From: Spirochaetia bacterium
GTDB taxonomy: Bacteria; Spirochaetota; Spirochaetia; Treponematales; Rectinemataceae
DNA length: 64,000 bases
Reading direction: 5' to 3'
NCBI GenBank assembly: GCA_029975555.1
Contig: JARKOY010000146.1
Coordinates: 13,727 to 77,726, forward strand
The notes under the pieces were generated by a model. The model was not told the DNA's origin. It made no database searches and saw only the letters and a program-made list of their open reading frames with translations. Shown piece by piece: positions 1-9,889 of the stretch (its first letter is position 1; every line of letters begins with the position of its first letter). The translations under genes were made by a program, and so were the position numbers.

Positions 1-635
1 GCATCGATTTTTTTGTACTTTTGCAGATAGTTGGTCATAATTTCGAGCCCTTTTTGTGTGTCCCAATATGCAGGCTGTGAATCCAAAATCTTGATGCCTG
101 GGTACTTCTTGGCCATGACTTCCTTGAAAGAATCGACGCGCTCGCTGTTGATGACGCAGGGAATGCCTTCGAGGACGACGATGTCCCCCTTGCCACCAAG
201 AGCCTTGCCGAGCCACTCGGCGGAGACGCGGCCCATGCCTGGATTGTCGCCAGCGATGTAGACATCCTGTACTTCCTCGGTGAGTCCTCGGTCGACCGAT
301 ACGACATAGATCCCTTTCTCATAGGCTTTTTTCACCACTGGGGTGAGCGGCGCTGAATCGTGAGCAAGAATGACGAGGGCATTGATACCTTTCACCATAA
401 GGTCTTCAACGTCATTGACCTGTTTGGCGGGAGAATCGGCGGTGACAAGGTAGAACTCGATGTTCTTGTCCTTCGCCTGCCAATCCTTGATAGCCTTCTG
501 CGCATAATAATTGATGCCGCCCGTCCATCCATGATCCGCGGTGGGAATGGATACTCCGATTTTGACCTTCTGGGCAAAGGATGGTGCTGCTGCGAGTGCA
601 AGCAGCGCCATCATGGCGATCAATACCTTTTTCAT
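1..635 (-). CDS. sugar ABC transporter substrate-binding protein (RbsB-like periplasmic binding fold); C-terminal part lies off the window
   Basis: Not in the ORF track because it runs off the left edge. Own minus-strand translation from ATG (complement of 633-635): MKKVLIAMMALLALAAAAPSFAQKVKIGVSIPTADHGWTGGINYYAQKAIKDW...VVSVDRGL...IAGDNPGMGRVSAEWLGKAL. Signal peptide present, SD aggagg about 5 nt upstream, last gene of the ABC operon. Confidence 0.85.
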   Translation of the reverse strand, partial: MKKVLIAMMALLALAAAPSFAQKVKIGVSIPTADHGWTGGINYYAQKAIKDWQAKDKNIEFYLVTADSPAKQVNDVEDLMVKGINALVILAHDSAPLTPVVKKAYEKGIYVVSVDRGLTEEVQDVYIAGDNPGMGRVSAEWLGKALGGKGDIVVLEGIPCVINSERVDSFKEVMAKKYPGIKILDSQPAYWDTQKGLEIMTNYLQKYKKID

Positions 636-707
636 ACTGCCTCCTACACGAAATACGTCATTATTCCTATCGGGTTTCAGGCCAACGGCCATCCCGAACA
701 ATTTCCA

Positions 708-1712
708 TCATTTCTCTGCGCGCCCGTTTGTGATCCATCCGCGCTGAATCGACACCGCACCAATGATGACAAGTCCTTTCACCAGTCCCTGCAGATATGG
801 AGAAACGCCGAGCATGTTCAGCATGTTATTGATGATTCCCAGAATGATCGCGCCGATCACCGATCCCCAGATTGAACCCTTGCCGCCAGTCATCGCAGTA
901 CCACCGATGACGACGGCTGCGATTGCATCCATTTCGTAATCCTTTCCGGCGTTCGTTGAGCTTAGAGAGTTGAGTCGTGCCGAGATGAGGATGGCGGTGA
1001 TGCCCACCATAAGCCCGACGATGACATAGGAAACTAGCCTGACCTTGTCCACGTTGATCGCTGAATATCGCGCAACTTTTTCATTCGAGCCAACCGCACA
1101 CACGTAGCGTCCGAATCTTGTGCGGTTCAAAACAAAAGAAAGCACTGCTGCGAGAAGAAAGAGAATCCATACAGGCAGGGGGACACCTAGTATCACTGAC
1201 ATTCCCATCTCTCCATACACAGAATTCACCGACCTGAACTCGCCAGCTTTCCCAATATACAAGGTCAGGGAGCGAAAAATCGCCATGGTGCCGAGCGTCA
1301 CGATGAATGGTGCAATGCGTCCCTTTGTGACGAGAAAACCGTTCATGGCCCCTCCGACAAGCGCTATTGCCACCGATACGGTGGCGGCAGCAAGAATGCT
1401 GAGGAAAGATCTCAGCCAGAAGGGAGAAAAAGTTACAAGGCTCTGTGTCACGGCATTGAGCGTCAAAATGGCGAAGGCCCCCGCGAACGCCGTCATGGAG
1501 CCGACCGAAAGATCGATGCCTCCGGAAATAATGACAAAGGTCATACCGAGGGCAATGATGCCCGTATAAGAGACTTGCCGCAGAATATTGAGGAGGTTCT
1601 GTATCTCGATAAAACGCGGATAGAGAATTGTCGAGGCGATCACCAGCACCACAAGGGCGATGAGCGGGCCATATTTGTCCAAGGATAATTTCTTCGGAAT
1701 AGAAACGGCCAT
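708..1712 (-). CDS. sugar ABC transporter permease (RbsC/XylH-type)
   Basis: 334-aa polytopic hydrophobic ORF. Its start abuts the stop of the upstream ATPase gene (1712/1713). Resembles ribose/xylose-family ABC permeases. Confidence 0.9.
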   Translation of the reverse strand: MAVSIPKKLSLDKYGPLIALVVLVIASTILYPRFIEIQNLLNILRQVSYTGIIALGMTFVIISGGIDLSVGSMTAFAGAFAILTLNAVTQSLVTFSPFWLRSFLSILAAATVSVAIALVGGAMNGFLVTKGRIAPFIVTLGTMAIFRSLTLYIGKAGEFRSVNSVYGEMGMSVILGVPLPVWILFLLAAVLSFVLNRTRFGRYVCAVGSNEKVARYSAINVDKVRLVSYVIVGLMVGITAILISARLNSLSSTNAGKDYEMDAIAAVVIGGTAMTGGKGSIWGSVIGAIILGIINNMLNMLGVSPYLQGLVKGLVIIGAVSIQRGWITNGRAEK

Positions 1713-3209
1713 TTAATATCCTCCCTTGATGCCCGTGGCAAAATACATGATCTCTTCTTCGCTGAGCCTTTCCTGCGGAAGCTCTCCCACAATGCTCCCG
1801 CCGCGCATGATGAGCACTCGATCACACATGCCGATGATCTCCTCAAGCTCCGAAGAAATGAAAATAACCGAAATGCCTGTGTTCGCAAGTTCGCGGATAA
1901 AGCCATAAATGTCGTGCTTGGCCTTGATATCGATCCCTCTGGTAGGTTCATCGACGATGATAACCCTGGGCCCCGTATCAATACTCTTTGCCAGCGATAC
2001 TTTCTGTTGATTGCCTCCAGAGAGCTGTTCGAGTTTTGCGGAAAGTGAAGGAATCTTTATAGAAAATCGATCAACGTAAAATTTCGACTTTTCAACCTCA
2101 GACTTCTGATTAATAAATGGCTTTGCATATTCCTTGAGCGAGGTCAATGTAATGTTCTTCACTACGTCGAACGAGGTGATGATGCCCGAGCCCTGCCGAT
2201 CTTCGGAAAGATAACTCAGACCAGCATGCACCGCATCCCATGGATTGCGCAGCCGAAGGGGCCTCCCGTGCAGAGTCACCGAACCGGATTGAGAGAGGCG
2301 CAACCCCATGAGTGTCTCGGCTAATTCCGTGCGTCCGGCACCGATGAGGCCAGCAAAGCCGAGCACCTCACCAACATGCAGATCGAAGCTGATATCGTAC
2401 AGCAGCCCTTCCACAGAGAGATTGCGGACTGAAAGTGCCACTTCCCCTGCGACAGATTTTTTCTCTGGGAATATTCCCTTGAGTTCGCGGCCAACCATGC
2501 GCCGAGCCATTTCATCGGTGTCGATATTTTTTACTTCTTCAAGGCTTATGAACGCACCATCTCGGAGAACCATGACGCGGTCGCAGATACGTTTGACTTC
2601 CTTTAATTTATGAGAGATGTAGACAATAGTGACACCTCGTGCCTTAAGTCGCCCGATAAGTCGGAAAAGAATCTCGACTTCCTTGCTGGTGAGCATGGTG
2701 GTCGGCTCGTCCATGATCAAAAGATGCGAATCGAAGGTTATAGCCTTGGCTATCTCCACCATCTGTTTCTGCGCGACGGACAGATTCTGTATCCGCGCGT
2801 AGGGATCTATACTGGACACTTCGAGCTCAGAGAGAAGTTCGCGAGTCCGCGCGACCATAGCTTTTATGTCCAAAAAACCATTCTTCTGCAAGAGTTCCTC
2901 GCCAAGGAATATATTCTCATACACACAGAGGTCTGAGACGAGGTTAAACTCCTGGGGGATGAGACTTATACCGATCTTCCTTGCATCGGCAGGGCTCCGT
3001 ATCTCAACTGGTTTTCCATCGAACCATATCTTGCCCGCGGTGGGCTCATAGAGACCAGACAGGATTTTTATAAAGGTTGACTTGCCAGCCCCGTTTTCAC
3101 CTATAATGCCGAAAACCTCTCCCCTATGAATCTCGATCGAGATATTATCGAGCACTCGCACGGAAGAGAATTCTTTCGTGATACCTTCGGTTTTTACAAT
3201 GGCTTCCAT
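1713..3209 (-). CDS. sugar ABC transporter ATP-binding protein (duplicated NBD, RbsA/MglA/XylG-type)
   Basis: 498 aa. Two Walker A motifs (GENGAGKST, GLIGAGRTE), two signature-like motifs (LSVAQKQ, LSGGNQQK) and a Walker B (LLIMDEPT, VIIVDEPT). Confidence 0.93.
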   Translation of the reverse strand: MEAIVKTEGITKEFSSVRVLDNISIEIHRGEVFGIIGENGAGKSTFIKILSGLYEPTAGKIWFDGKPVEIRSPADARKIGISLIPQEFNLVSDLCVYENIFLGEELLQKNGFLDIKAMVARTRELLSELEVSSIDPYARIQNLSVAQKQMVEIAKAITFDSHLLIMDEPTTMLTSKEVEILFRLIGRLKARGVTIVYISHKLKEVKRICDRVMVLRDGAFISLEEVKNIDTDEMARRMVGRELKGIFPEKKSVAGEVALSVRNLSVEGLLYDISFDLHVGEVLGFAGLIGAGRTELAETLMGLRLSQSGSVTLHGRPLRLRNPWDAVHAGLSYLSEDRQGSGIITSFDVVKNITLTSLKEYAKPFINQKSEVEKSKFYVDRFSIKIPSLSAKLEQLSGGNQQKVSLAKSIDTGPRVIIVDEPTRGIDIKAKHDIYGFIRELANTGISVIFISSELEEIIGMCDRVLIMRGGSIVGELPQERLSEEEIMYFATGIKGGY

Positions 3210-4198
3210 TATTTTTTCATCGCTTCATCGAAAGCTATCTTCGAAGGCACAAAATCAATGTCTCGCACGAATTCCAGCGCTTGCTTCGCACCATATTCTC
3301 GGTCCATGCCAGAATCCTCCCACTCGACGGAGAGCGGTCCTTCGTAGCCTGCAGCATTGAGTTCGCGGATAATGTTCTCAAAGTCGACATCGCCGTGTCC
3401 GAGTGAGCGGAAATTCCAGCCTCGACGGGTATCGCCAAACGTGAGGTGCGAACCAAGAATACCTGCCTTGCCATCGAGTGTGACAGCGGCATCCTTCATG
3501 TGCACATGGTAAATCTTTTTGGCATAATCTCTTAAGAAGATATGTGGGGTCACTCCCTGCCAGATAAGGTGCGAGGGATCGAAATTGAAGCCAAGCGTCG
3601 GCCTGTCCTTGAATTCCTGAAGAAGGCGGCCAGCAGTGTAATAGTCAAAGGCAATCTCAGTGGGATGCACCTCGAGCGCAAACTTCACACCGCAGCGATC
3701 GAACTCATCCAAGATCGGCGTCCAAAGCCGGACAATCTCCGCGAAGCCCTCATCCACCATTTCATCCGGCGTCTGAGGAAAAGAATACCAAAATTTCCAT
3801 ATTGGGCTGCCCATAAAGCCTGTCACCACATAGCATCCCATATTTTTTGCAGCATGAGCCGTGTACTTCATCTCTTGAATTGCCCATTCGCGGATCTTGG
3901 TGGGGTTTCCCTTGCAATCCGCCGGAGCAAAACCATCGAGGCGAGGATCCCAGAGGTCTCCCACGCACTGTCCTGCAAGGTGCGCACCTAGCGCCCAGCA
4001 CTTAAGTCCATACTTTTCAAGAATCGCCTTGCGCTCGGCGACATAGGTGGGGTCAGTGGCAGCACGCTTGACATCCATATGATCGCCCCAACACGCGATC
4101 TCCACACCATCATATCCGAATGATTTTACTTTTGCGCAGAATTGATCGAACGGTAAATCAGCCCACTGTCCGGAAAAAATAGTGACCGGCCTCGCCAT
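3209..4198 (-). CDS. sugar phosphate isomerase/epimerase (xylose isomerase-like TIM barrel)
   Basis: C-terminal 329 aa of the 567-aa track ORF, starting MARPVTIFSGQWADLPFDQFCAKVKSFGYDGVEIACWGDH. SD aggagg lies upstream of the ATG at 4198. The upstream 238 aa of the track ORF are R/S/P-rich read-through across the neighbouring gene. Confidence 0.88.
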   Translation of the reverse strand: MARPVTIFSGQWADLPFDQFCAKVKSFGYDGVEIACWGDHMDVKRAATDPTYVAERKAILEKYGLKCWALGAHLAGQCVGDLWDPRLDGFAPADCKGNPTKIREWAIQEMKYTAHAAKNMGCYVVTGFMGSPIWKFWYSFPQTPDEMVDEGFAEIVRLWTPILDEFDRCGVKFALEVHPTEIAFDYYTAGRLLQEFKDRPTLGFNFDPSHLIWQGVTPHIFLRDYAKKIYHVHMKDAAVTLDGKAGILGSHLTFGDTRRGWNFRSLGHGDVDFENIIRELNAAGYEGPLSVEWEDSGMDREYGAKQALEFVRDIDFVPSKIAFDEAMKK

Positions 4199-4250
4199 AT
4201 TGTTCCTCCTCTTTATAATTGTATTGCAATTAAAATTCAGATTCGTTTTT

Positions 4251-5423
4251 TCAAAACTCCACCCACACGGCGCCCTTTTTCGAGCTCTCGACGCACTTGC
4301 CGATAAAGCGCACGCCTTGTGCGCCTTCCTCCGCGGTCGGGAAATCGAGGTCTTCGGGGGTGAGCTTTTCGCCTGATTTCTGCTTGATGAGGGCGGAAAT
4401 ATAGGTCTTGTAGAGGTTTGCAAACGCCTCGAAGTAGCCCTCTGGATGGCCGGATGGAATGCGAGAATACCCCTGAGCATGCGGATAGAAGCCGTCGCGG
4501 CCGCGAGAGAGAACTTCTGTCGGCGCGCCGAGCTTTGAGACCATGAGATAGTTCGGATTTTCCTGCGACCACTGAATGGTTCCCTTGGAGCCAAAGATTC
4601 TGAAACGAAGGCCATTGTCATACCCGATCGCAATCTGGCTCGCCCAGTACAAGCCCTTTGCTCCCCCTTCATATTCGACCATGATGGTCGCATTGTCGTC
4701 GAGCGGTCTTCCCTCCACGAAAGTGTCGAGGCGCGCGCAGAGCGATTTGATCTTGAGGCCTGTGACGTAGGAGACCATGTTTTCGACATGGCTGCCGATG
4801 TCGCCCACGCAGTTCGATTTGCCGGCAAGCGCGGGGTCTGTCCGCCATGAAGCCTGCTTGGAACCCTCGCGCTCGGAGGGCGTCGCGAGCCACTCCTGCG
4901 GATACTCAGCATTGACGAATCGGATCTCGCCGATGTCGCCGCGGCGAATCATCTCCCTCGCATGTTTGACCGCAGGATAGCCTGTGTACGTATACGTCAC
5001 CCCAAAGAGTAGTCCTTTCTTCTTCGCCAGTTCGTCCAGTTCCATGGCCTCGGCTTCCTCGAAGGTGAGGGGTTTGTCGCAAACGACACTGATGCCTGCG
5101 TTGAGAAATGCCTTGGCAACCGGATAATGCAGAGCATTCGGCGTCACGATCGAGACAAAATCGATGCCGTCGTGGCGGGCGGCCTCTTTTTGGGCCATCT
5201 CGTCGTAGGTGGCGTAGAGCCGATCGCGCTCGACGCCGAGGCTCGCGCCAGTTTCCAGAGTATTCTCAAAACTCTGCGAGAACGATCCCGCGACGAGCTC
5301 TGCGAGCCCGTCGAGCGCAATCGCGCGCCGGTGAACATCGCCGATAAAGGCGCCTCTGCCGCCCCCCACCATGCCATAGCGCAATTTTCTTGCTGTTTGC
5401 GTGCCAGCGCTTCCTTCTATCAT
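4251..5423 (-). CDS. Gfo/Idh/MocA family oxidoreductase
   Basis: 390 aa. N-terminal Rossmann motif (YGMVGGGRGAFIG) and typical Gfo/Idh/MocA length and C-terminal alpha/beta domain. Confidence 0.88.
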   Translation of the reverse strand: MIEGSAGTQTARKLRYGMVGGGRGAFIGDVHRRAIALDGLAELVAGSFSQSFENTLETGASLGVERDRLYATYDEMAQKEAARHDGIDFVSIVTPNALHYPVAKAFLNAGISVVCDKPLTFEEAEAMELDELAKKKGLLFGVTYTYTGYPAVKHAREMIRRGDIGEIRFVNAEYPQEWLATPSEREGSKQASWRTDPALAGKSNCVGDIGSHVENMVSYVTGLKIKSLCARLDTFVEGRPLDDNATIMVEYEGGAKGLYWASQIAIGYDNGLRFRIFGSKGTIQWSQENPNYLMVSKLGAPTEVLSRGRDGFYPHAQGYSRIPSGHPEGYFEAFANLYKTYISALIKQKSGEKLTPEDLDFPTAEEGAQGVRFIGKCVESSKKGAVWVEF

Positions 5424-5496
5424 GTCAAGCCTCCTTACATGCTATCTAATTCATTTTATAACATGATAATACCAAACAACCATGTCTCAACGCTCT

Positions 5497-6858
5497 TTAC
5501 TCCACTCCCAGCACATACTGCATAATTAAGTTTTCGAGGTACTCCTGTTTGCCGGAAGTGCGGCCGAGGCTGGCGACATCGGGAGCTCCGGACGCGGATG
5601 CGAGGGCGGCGAGTTCCTCGAGGCTCATGCGCCCCTCTTCGAAGCGCTTGCCGTCGCCGGCATCGAACGAGGCGTAGCGCTGGCGGACGAAGGCAGCGAG
5701 CTTGCCGTCTTCGATGATGCGCTGTGCGGCGAGGAGACCCGCGGCGAAGGCGTCCATGCCGCCGATGTGGGCTTCGAAGAGGTCGGCTGGGTCCACGGAG
5801 TTGCGGCGGATCTTGGCGTCGAAGTTGAGCCCGCCCGTGGTGAATCCGCCCGCGCGGAGGATCGCAAGCATGGCGAGGGTGGTGTCGTACACATTGATCG
5901 GGAACTGGTCGGTGTCCCAGCCGTTGCGGGGGTCGCCCCTATTTGCGTCGACCGAACCGAAGATGCCGAGCGCCGCGGCGGTTTCGAGCTCATGGTGGAA
6001 GTCGTGGCCCGCAAGCTCGGCGTGGTTCGCCTCGATATTGACGCGGAAATCCTTTTCAAGCCCGTACGCGCGCAAGAACCCGGCGACGGTCTCGACGTCG
6101 AAGTCGTACTGGTGCTTGGTGGGCTCCATGGGCTTAGGTTCGATATAGAACATGCCCTTGAAGCCGTGGGCGCGGCCGTAGTCGCGGGCCATGATCAAGA
6201 AGCGGGCGAGGTGGGCCTTCTCGCGCTTGAGGTCGGTGTTGAGGAGCGTCATGTAGCCCTCGCGGCCGCCCCAGAACACGTAGCCCTGACCGCCGAGCTC
6301 GATCGTCGCGTCGATGGCCGCCTTCACTTGGGCAGCGGCCTGCGCGACCACCGCGAATTCGGGGTTTGTGGCGGCGCCGTTCATGTAGCGAGGGTGTTTG
6401 AAGAGGTTGGACGTGGCCCAGAGAAGGCGGACGCCCGTGGCCTTTTGCCGCTCCTTGGCAAGAGCCACCATGTGGGCGAGGTTTTTCTCGCTCTGGGCGG
6501 GACTGGCACCTTCGGGTGCCAGGTCGCGGTCGTGGAAGCAGTAAAAATCGACGCCGAGCTTGGTGAAGAATTCGAAGGCTGCGTCGATCTTGTGCTCGTA
6601 GGCCTCCATGGGCGTCTCCGCATCGCTCTCCCAAGGATGAACGTGCGTGGCGGAGCCAAATGGGTCGCTTCCATCCTCGCCGAAGCTGTGCCAATAGGCG
6701 ACGGCGAAGCGCAGATGTTCGCGCATGGTCTTACCGCCGACCATGCGGTCGGGGTCGTAGTATTTGAACGCGAGCGGATTATCGCTCTTGGGTCCCTCGT
6801 AGCGGATTTTCCCGATGCCGGGGAAATACTCCTTGTGTCCGACAAAATACTCTGCCAT
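5497..6858 (-). CDS. xylA: xylose isomerase (class II)
   Basis: Motifs [46 protein letters not shown] prefer the start at MAEYF (6858) because of the SD aaggaagga. The track ORF starts 27 nt further upstream. Confidence 0.95.
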   Translation of the reverse strand: MAEYFVGHKEYFPGIGKIRYEGPKSDNPLAFKYYDPDRMVGGKTMREHLRFAVAYWHSFGEDGSDPFGSATHVHPWESDAETPMEAYEHKIDAAFEFFTKLGVDFYCFHDRDLAPEGASPAQSEKNLAHMVALAKERQKATGVRLLWATSNLFKHPRYMNGAATNPEFAVVAQAAAQVKAAIDATIELGGQGYVFWGGREGYMTLLNTDLKREKAHLARFLIMARDYGRAHGFKGMFYIEPKPMEPTKHQYDFDVETVAGFLRAYGLEKDFRVNIEANHAELAGHDFHHELETAAALGIFGSVDANRGDPRNGWDTDQFPINVYDTTLAMLAILRAGGFTTGGLNFDAKIRRNSVDPADLFEAHIGGMDAFAAGLLAAQRIIEDGKLAAFVRQRYASFDAGDGKRFEEGRMSLEELAALASASGAPDVASLGRTSGKQEYLENLIMQYVLGVE

Positions 6859-6881
6859 GTGTTCCTTCCTTATTCTTGCGC

Positions 6882-8375
6882 TCATCGATACAGGGGGCTC
6901 AGCGCCTCCAGATATTTCGCATATTCGGCGTATGCTGCCTCATACCTCGCCACCAAGGCCATGTCGGGCTCGATGCTCGCGGCACCTTCGAGGCTCACAT
7001 GAACATCGGTGAGCGCCGCGATGTCGACCTGGCTGCCGGCTCCAGCGCTGCGTTCGGCGCACCACAGCGCCTGCAGCGCAGCGCCCAAGGCCGCCGCCTC
7101 TTCTTCTTTGGGAACGCGCACGGGCAGGCCGGTCACGTTGGCGGCGATCTCGCGCCAGAGCGTGCTCTTTGCGCCTCCCCCGACGAGCCTTATCTCCTGC
7201 GCCGCAAATCCGAGCCGCCTGAAGGATTCGAGCCCGATGCGCATGCCGAAAATCGCCGCTTCCATGGCGGCGCGCGCGATGTTCTCTTTCGTGAAATTGG
7301 CCGCTGTCGCCCCGAGGATGCTCGCCCTCCCCTGCGGCAGGTTGGGAATGCGTTCGCCGTTGAAAAACGGCAGCACCACGATGCCCTCGGCGCCCACTGG
7401 AGCGGAGGCCGCGCTCCGGTTCATCTCTTCGATGTTCATCCCGAAGAGCAGGCGTATCTGTTCGCTCGCAACCGTGCAGTTCATCGTGCACAGAAGCGGC
7501 AGCCAGCCTCCCGTCGATGAACAGAAGGCGGCCAGATTGCCCTCAGGATCGACGACGGGGCGACTGGAATACCCGTAGAGCGTGCCGCTCGTTCCGAGGC
7601 TCATGGTGAGAAAACCGTCCCGGACGGTGCCTGTGCCGACCGCGCTCATCATGTTGTCGCCGCTACCGGCTGCCACGAGCGCACCTTCTGGAATGCCGAA
7701 GCGTGCGGCAGCCGAGGCGCTCACCATCCCGGCAGGGCTGTCGGGCCCCACCAGCGACGGCAGATACTCGATGAGATTGGGATCGATGAGCTCGCAGATG
7801 CGCCGCGACCATCGGCGCGCGCGCACGTCGAAGAGGGCCGTCCCCGAGGCGTCGCCATACTCTGTCACCTTGTTGCCGGTCAGAAGAAAATTGATATAGT
7901 CGTGGGGCAAGAGGACGTGCCGGAGGCGCGCGTAGTGCTCAGGCTCGTGCTTCTTCAGCCACAGAATTTTTGGCGCCGTATAGCCTGGCAGCATGAGAAG
8001 GCCGGTTTCGGCCAACAGCGCCGCCTCGCCCCCTGCGCGCGAGGTGAGCTCGGCGCATTCGGCGGCGGTGGAGGTGTCGTTCCAGAGCTTGACGGGGCGG
8101 ATTGCGCGGCCCTGCGCATCGAGGGGCACAAAGCCGTGCTGCTGGCCGGAAACCCCAATCGCCGCGATTGTCGCGCGCAGTTCGGGCGAAATGGCCTGAA
8201 AACACCTAAGCAGCGCCTCTTCATACCATTCGGCGCGCTGTTCGCGGGTCCCGTCATTCCTTGCGATGATGTCGAGTGGGGCCTGGGTTTTGGCCCGTAT
8301 CTGCCTGGCGTCGGGGTCATAGACAATAACCTTGCAGCTCTGCGTTCCGAGATCGATGCCACAGACGCTTCTCAT
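6882..8375 (-). CDS. xylB: xylulokinase (FGGY carbohydrate kinase)
   Basis: [11 protein letters not shown]-terminal motif and C-terminal [16 protein letters not shown] prefer the start at [10 protein letters not shown] (8375), which has a GGGGG SD 5 nt upstream. The alternative is 8390. Confidence 0.92.
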   Translation of the reverse strand: MRSVCGIDLGTQSCKVIVYDPDARQIRAKTQAPLDIIARNDGTREQRAEWYEEALLRCFQAISPELRATIAAIGVSGQQHGFVPLDAQGRAIRPVKLWNDTSTAAECAELTSRAGGEAALLAETGLLMLPGYTAPKILWLKKHEPEHYARLRHVLLPHDYINFLLTGNKVTEYGDASGTALFDVRARRWSRRICELIDPNLIEYLPSLVGPDSPAGMVSASAAARFGIPEGALVAAGSGDNMMSAVGTGTVRDGFLTMSLGTSGTLYGYSSRPVVDPEGNLAAFCSSTGGWLPLLCTMNCTVASEQIRLLFGMNIEEMNRSAASAPVGAEGIVVLPFFNGERIPNLPQGRASILGATAANFTKENIARAAMEAAIFGMRIGLESFRRLGFAAQEIRLVGGGAKSTLWREIAANVTGLPVRVPKEEEAAALGAALQALWCAERSAGAGSQVDIAALTDVHVSLEGAASIEPDMALVARYEAAYAEYAKYLEALSPLYR

Positions 8376-8451
8376 GGCTGCCCCCTGCATTTGGTTGTAT
8401 CAAAAACTTTTAATAAGCGTAGACAGATTTTTCGAAAAACACCATGCAAGA

Positions 8452-8479
8452 TATTGACAATACATATCCGTTATTGACA
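8452..8479. repeat. direct repeat TATTGACA x2, starts 20 bp apart, in the xylB/araC-type divergent promoter region
   Basis: TATTGACA at 8452-8459 and 8472-8479. Direct repeats about two helical turns apart are the usual AraC/XylS-type operator geometry. Confidence 0.35.
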
Positions 8480-8489
8480 TTCTGATTCC

Positions 8490-9347
8490 ATGAGAATCAA
8501 AGACGCCGTCTACGTGTATCGCCTCATCGGGGGGGAGAGGCTCGCCTGGCACGGGAGGTACCACGCGCATGGCGCCGGAGAGTACGAATTCCACTATTTC
8601 ATGGAAGGACAAGGAGCTCTGCTCATCAACCGCGCAAAATACGTCATCGACAGCAACATAATCTATTTCGTGCAGCCGCGTGAATTCCACTCCATTCTGC
8701 CGGAAGCGGTCGAAAAACCTATCAGTTATTATGCCGTTCTCTTCACTCCGGAACCAGAGAATTCAGTCGACGAGGAGATCGTAGCCTTGATGGAGCATCT
8801 CTGGCACGCCCGCAGTCGCGTTCTGCCCGGAGATGCAAAAGATCGTTTTTTCCTCGAGGACCTCTACAGGCTCTCGAAAGCTGCCTCCGAGTGCTCTCGG
8901 AAGGCTGCAGAACACGCGCTCATACGCATCCTGTACTGCTGGCTCGACCAGTTCAAGGGTGTGCGCGCCATTCGATCCACTAGGGAGACTAAAAATGAAC
9001 ACGTGGAGCGGGCGCTCGCGCTCATGAGAAAGCGAGTGCGAGAAAAACTGAGCTCGGATGACCTCGCGGGCATGCTGGGGATATCCGAAGAATACTTTAT
9101 ACGGCTTTTCCGGCGCCAGTTGGGCATGTCGCCCTTTCAGTACTTTACACGCCTGAAAATCGAGGCGGCTTCGGCGGTGCTCGTGGACAACCAGCTCTCC
9201 ATCAGCGACGTGGCCTCCCGTTTTGGTTTTGAGAATCCCTTCCATTTTACGAAGGTCTTCAAGAAATGCACGGGGCTGTCCCCGCGCGAATACCGAAAGA
9301 TATTCTTCGAGGCCGGAAAGCCGCCGCAGACACCGCCCCTCGCATAG
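8490..9347 (+). CDS. AraC family transcriptional regulator (cupin sensor + HTH)
   Basis: 285 aa. N-terminal cupin-like region and C-terminal AraC HTH (FIRLFRRQLGMSPFQYFTRLKIEAA...FKKCTGLSPREYRK). Divergent from the xyl operon. Confidence 0.92.
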   Translation: MRIKDAVYVYRLIGGERLAWHGRYHAHGAGEYEFHYFMEGQGALLINRAKYVIDSNIIYFVQPREFHSILPEAVEKPISYYAVLFTPEPENSVDEEIVALMEHLWHARSRVLPGDAKDRFFLEDLYRLSKAASECSRKAAEHALIRILYCWLDQFKGVRAIRSTRETKNEHVERALALMRKRVREKLSSDDLAGMLGISEEYFIRLFRRQLGMSPFQYFTRLKIEAASAVLVDNQLSISDVASRFGFENPFHFTKVFKKCTGLSPREYRKIFFEAGKPPQTPPLA

Positions 9348-9351
9348 CGTG

Positions 9352-9395
9352 TTGACAGGCCCTCTTTGTTTCGTCAAAATAGTTAAGCTACTTAA
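9352..9395 (+). promoter_or_regulatory. candidate sigma70-type promoter (TTGACA-17-CAAAAT) and TTAAG-CTA-CTTAA dyad upstream of marR
   Basis: TTGACA at 9352-9357, a 17-nt spacer, CAAAAT at 9375-9380, and the dyad TTAAGCTACTTAA at 9383-9395 just downstream. Confidence 0.35.
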
Positions 9396-9420
9396 ACATT
9401 TTTTATAAGGGTACTTCGCG

Positions 9421-9870
9421 ATGAACACACCAGATGCACAATTCGATGCGGTCGTGGAAAGCATCCTTGAGGTACTGCCTCAGGTCTGGGACCGCATCCG
9501 GTCGAATTTCCGCGCTGCGGGAATACGCAGGTTCGGTATAAGCATGGAACAGTTTCACACGCTCAGGCACATCTACAAGGGTTACTGTCACTGTGGGGAA
9601 ATCGCGGAAAAGCGCCAGATCAGCTGTTCGGCCGTCAGTCAGGCGATCGACGCGCTCGTCGCCAAGGGTCTTGTGGCGCGTGTTCAGGAGGGCGAGGACC
9701 GCAGGCAGGTCCGCCTTGAGCTTACGCCCTACGCGCGCCGGGTGCTCGACGAAAACGTGCAGGAGAACCGCACCTACATCCGCCAGAAGATCAGCGCCAT
9801 CGGGCATGAGGAAAGAGAAACCGTCCTCGCCGCCATGGACATCTTGAAACATGCGTTTCTTTCGGACTAA
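9421..9870 (+). CDS. MarR family transcriptional regulator
   Basis: 149 aa. Winged-helix region (FHTLRHIYKGYCHCGEIAEKRQISCSAVSQAIDALVAKGLV). Confidence 0.88.
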   Translation: MNTPDAQFDAVVESILEVLPQVWDRIRSNFRAAGIRRFGISMEQFHTLRHIYKGYCHCGEIAEKRQISCSAVSQAIDALVAKGLVARVQEGEDRRQVRLELTPYARRVLDENVQENRTYIRQKISAIGHEERETVLAAMDILKHAFLSD

Positions 9871-9889
9871 GGCATCGCAGGAGCGATCC

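Noticed and set aside
3209-4912. 567-aa ORF in the track
   Set aside because: Only the last 329 aa (from MARPVTIF, with an SD) look like a protein. The N-terminal 238 aa are R/S/P-rich and overlap the Gfo/Idh/MocA gene out of frame.
5767-7002. Long antisense ORFs opposite real genes (5767-7002, 10682-11629, 12006-13493, 16919-17944, 19353-20279, 22840-24240, 29181-30140, 33713-34579, 45156-46904, 60330-61322 and others)
   Set aside because: These are typical stop-codon-poor shadow frames of a GC-rich genome. Their translations are R/G/H/D/V-rich and low-complexity, with no motifs, no SDs, and full overlap with well-supported genes.
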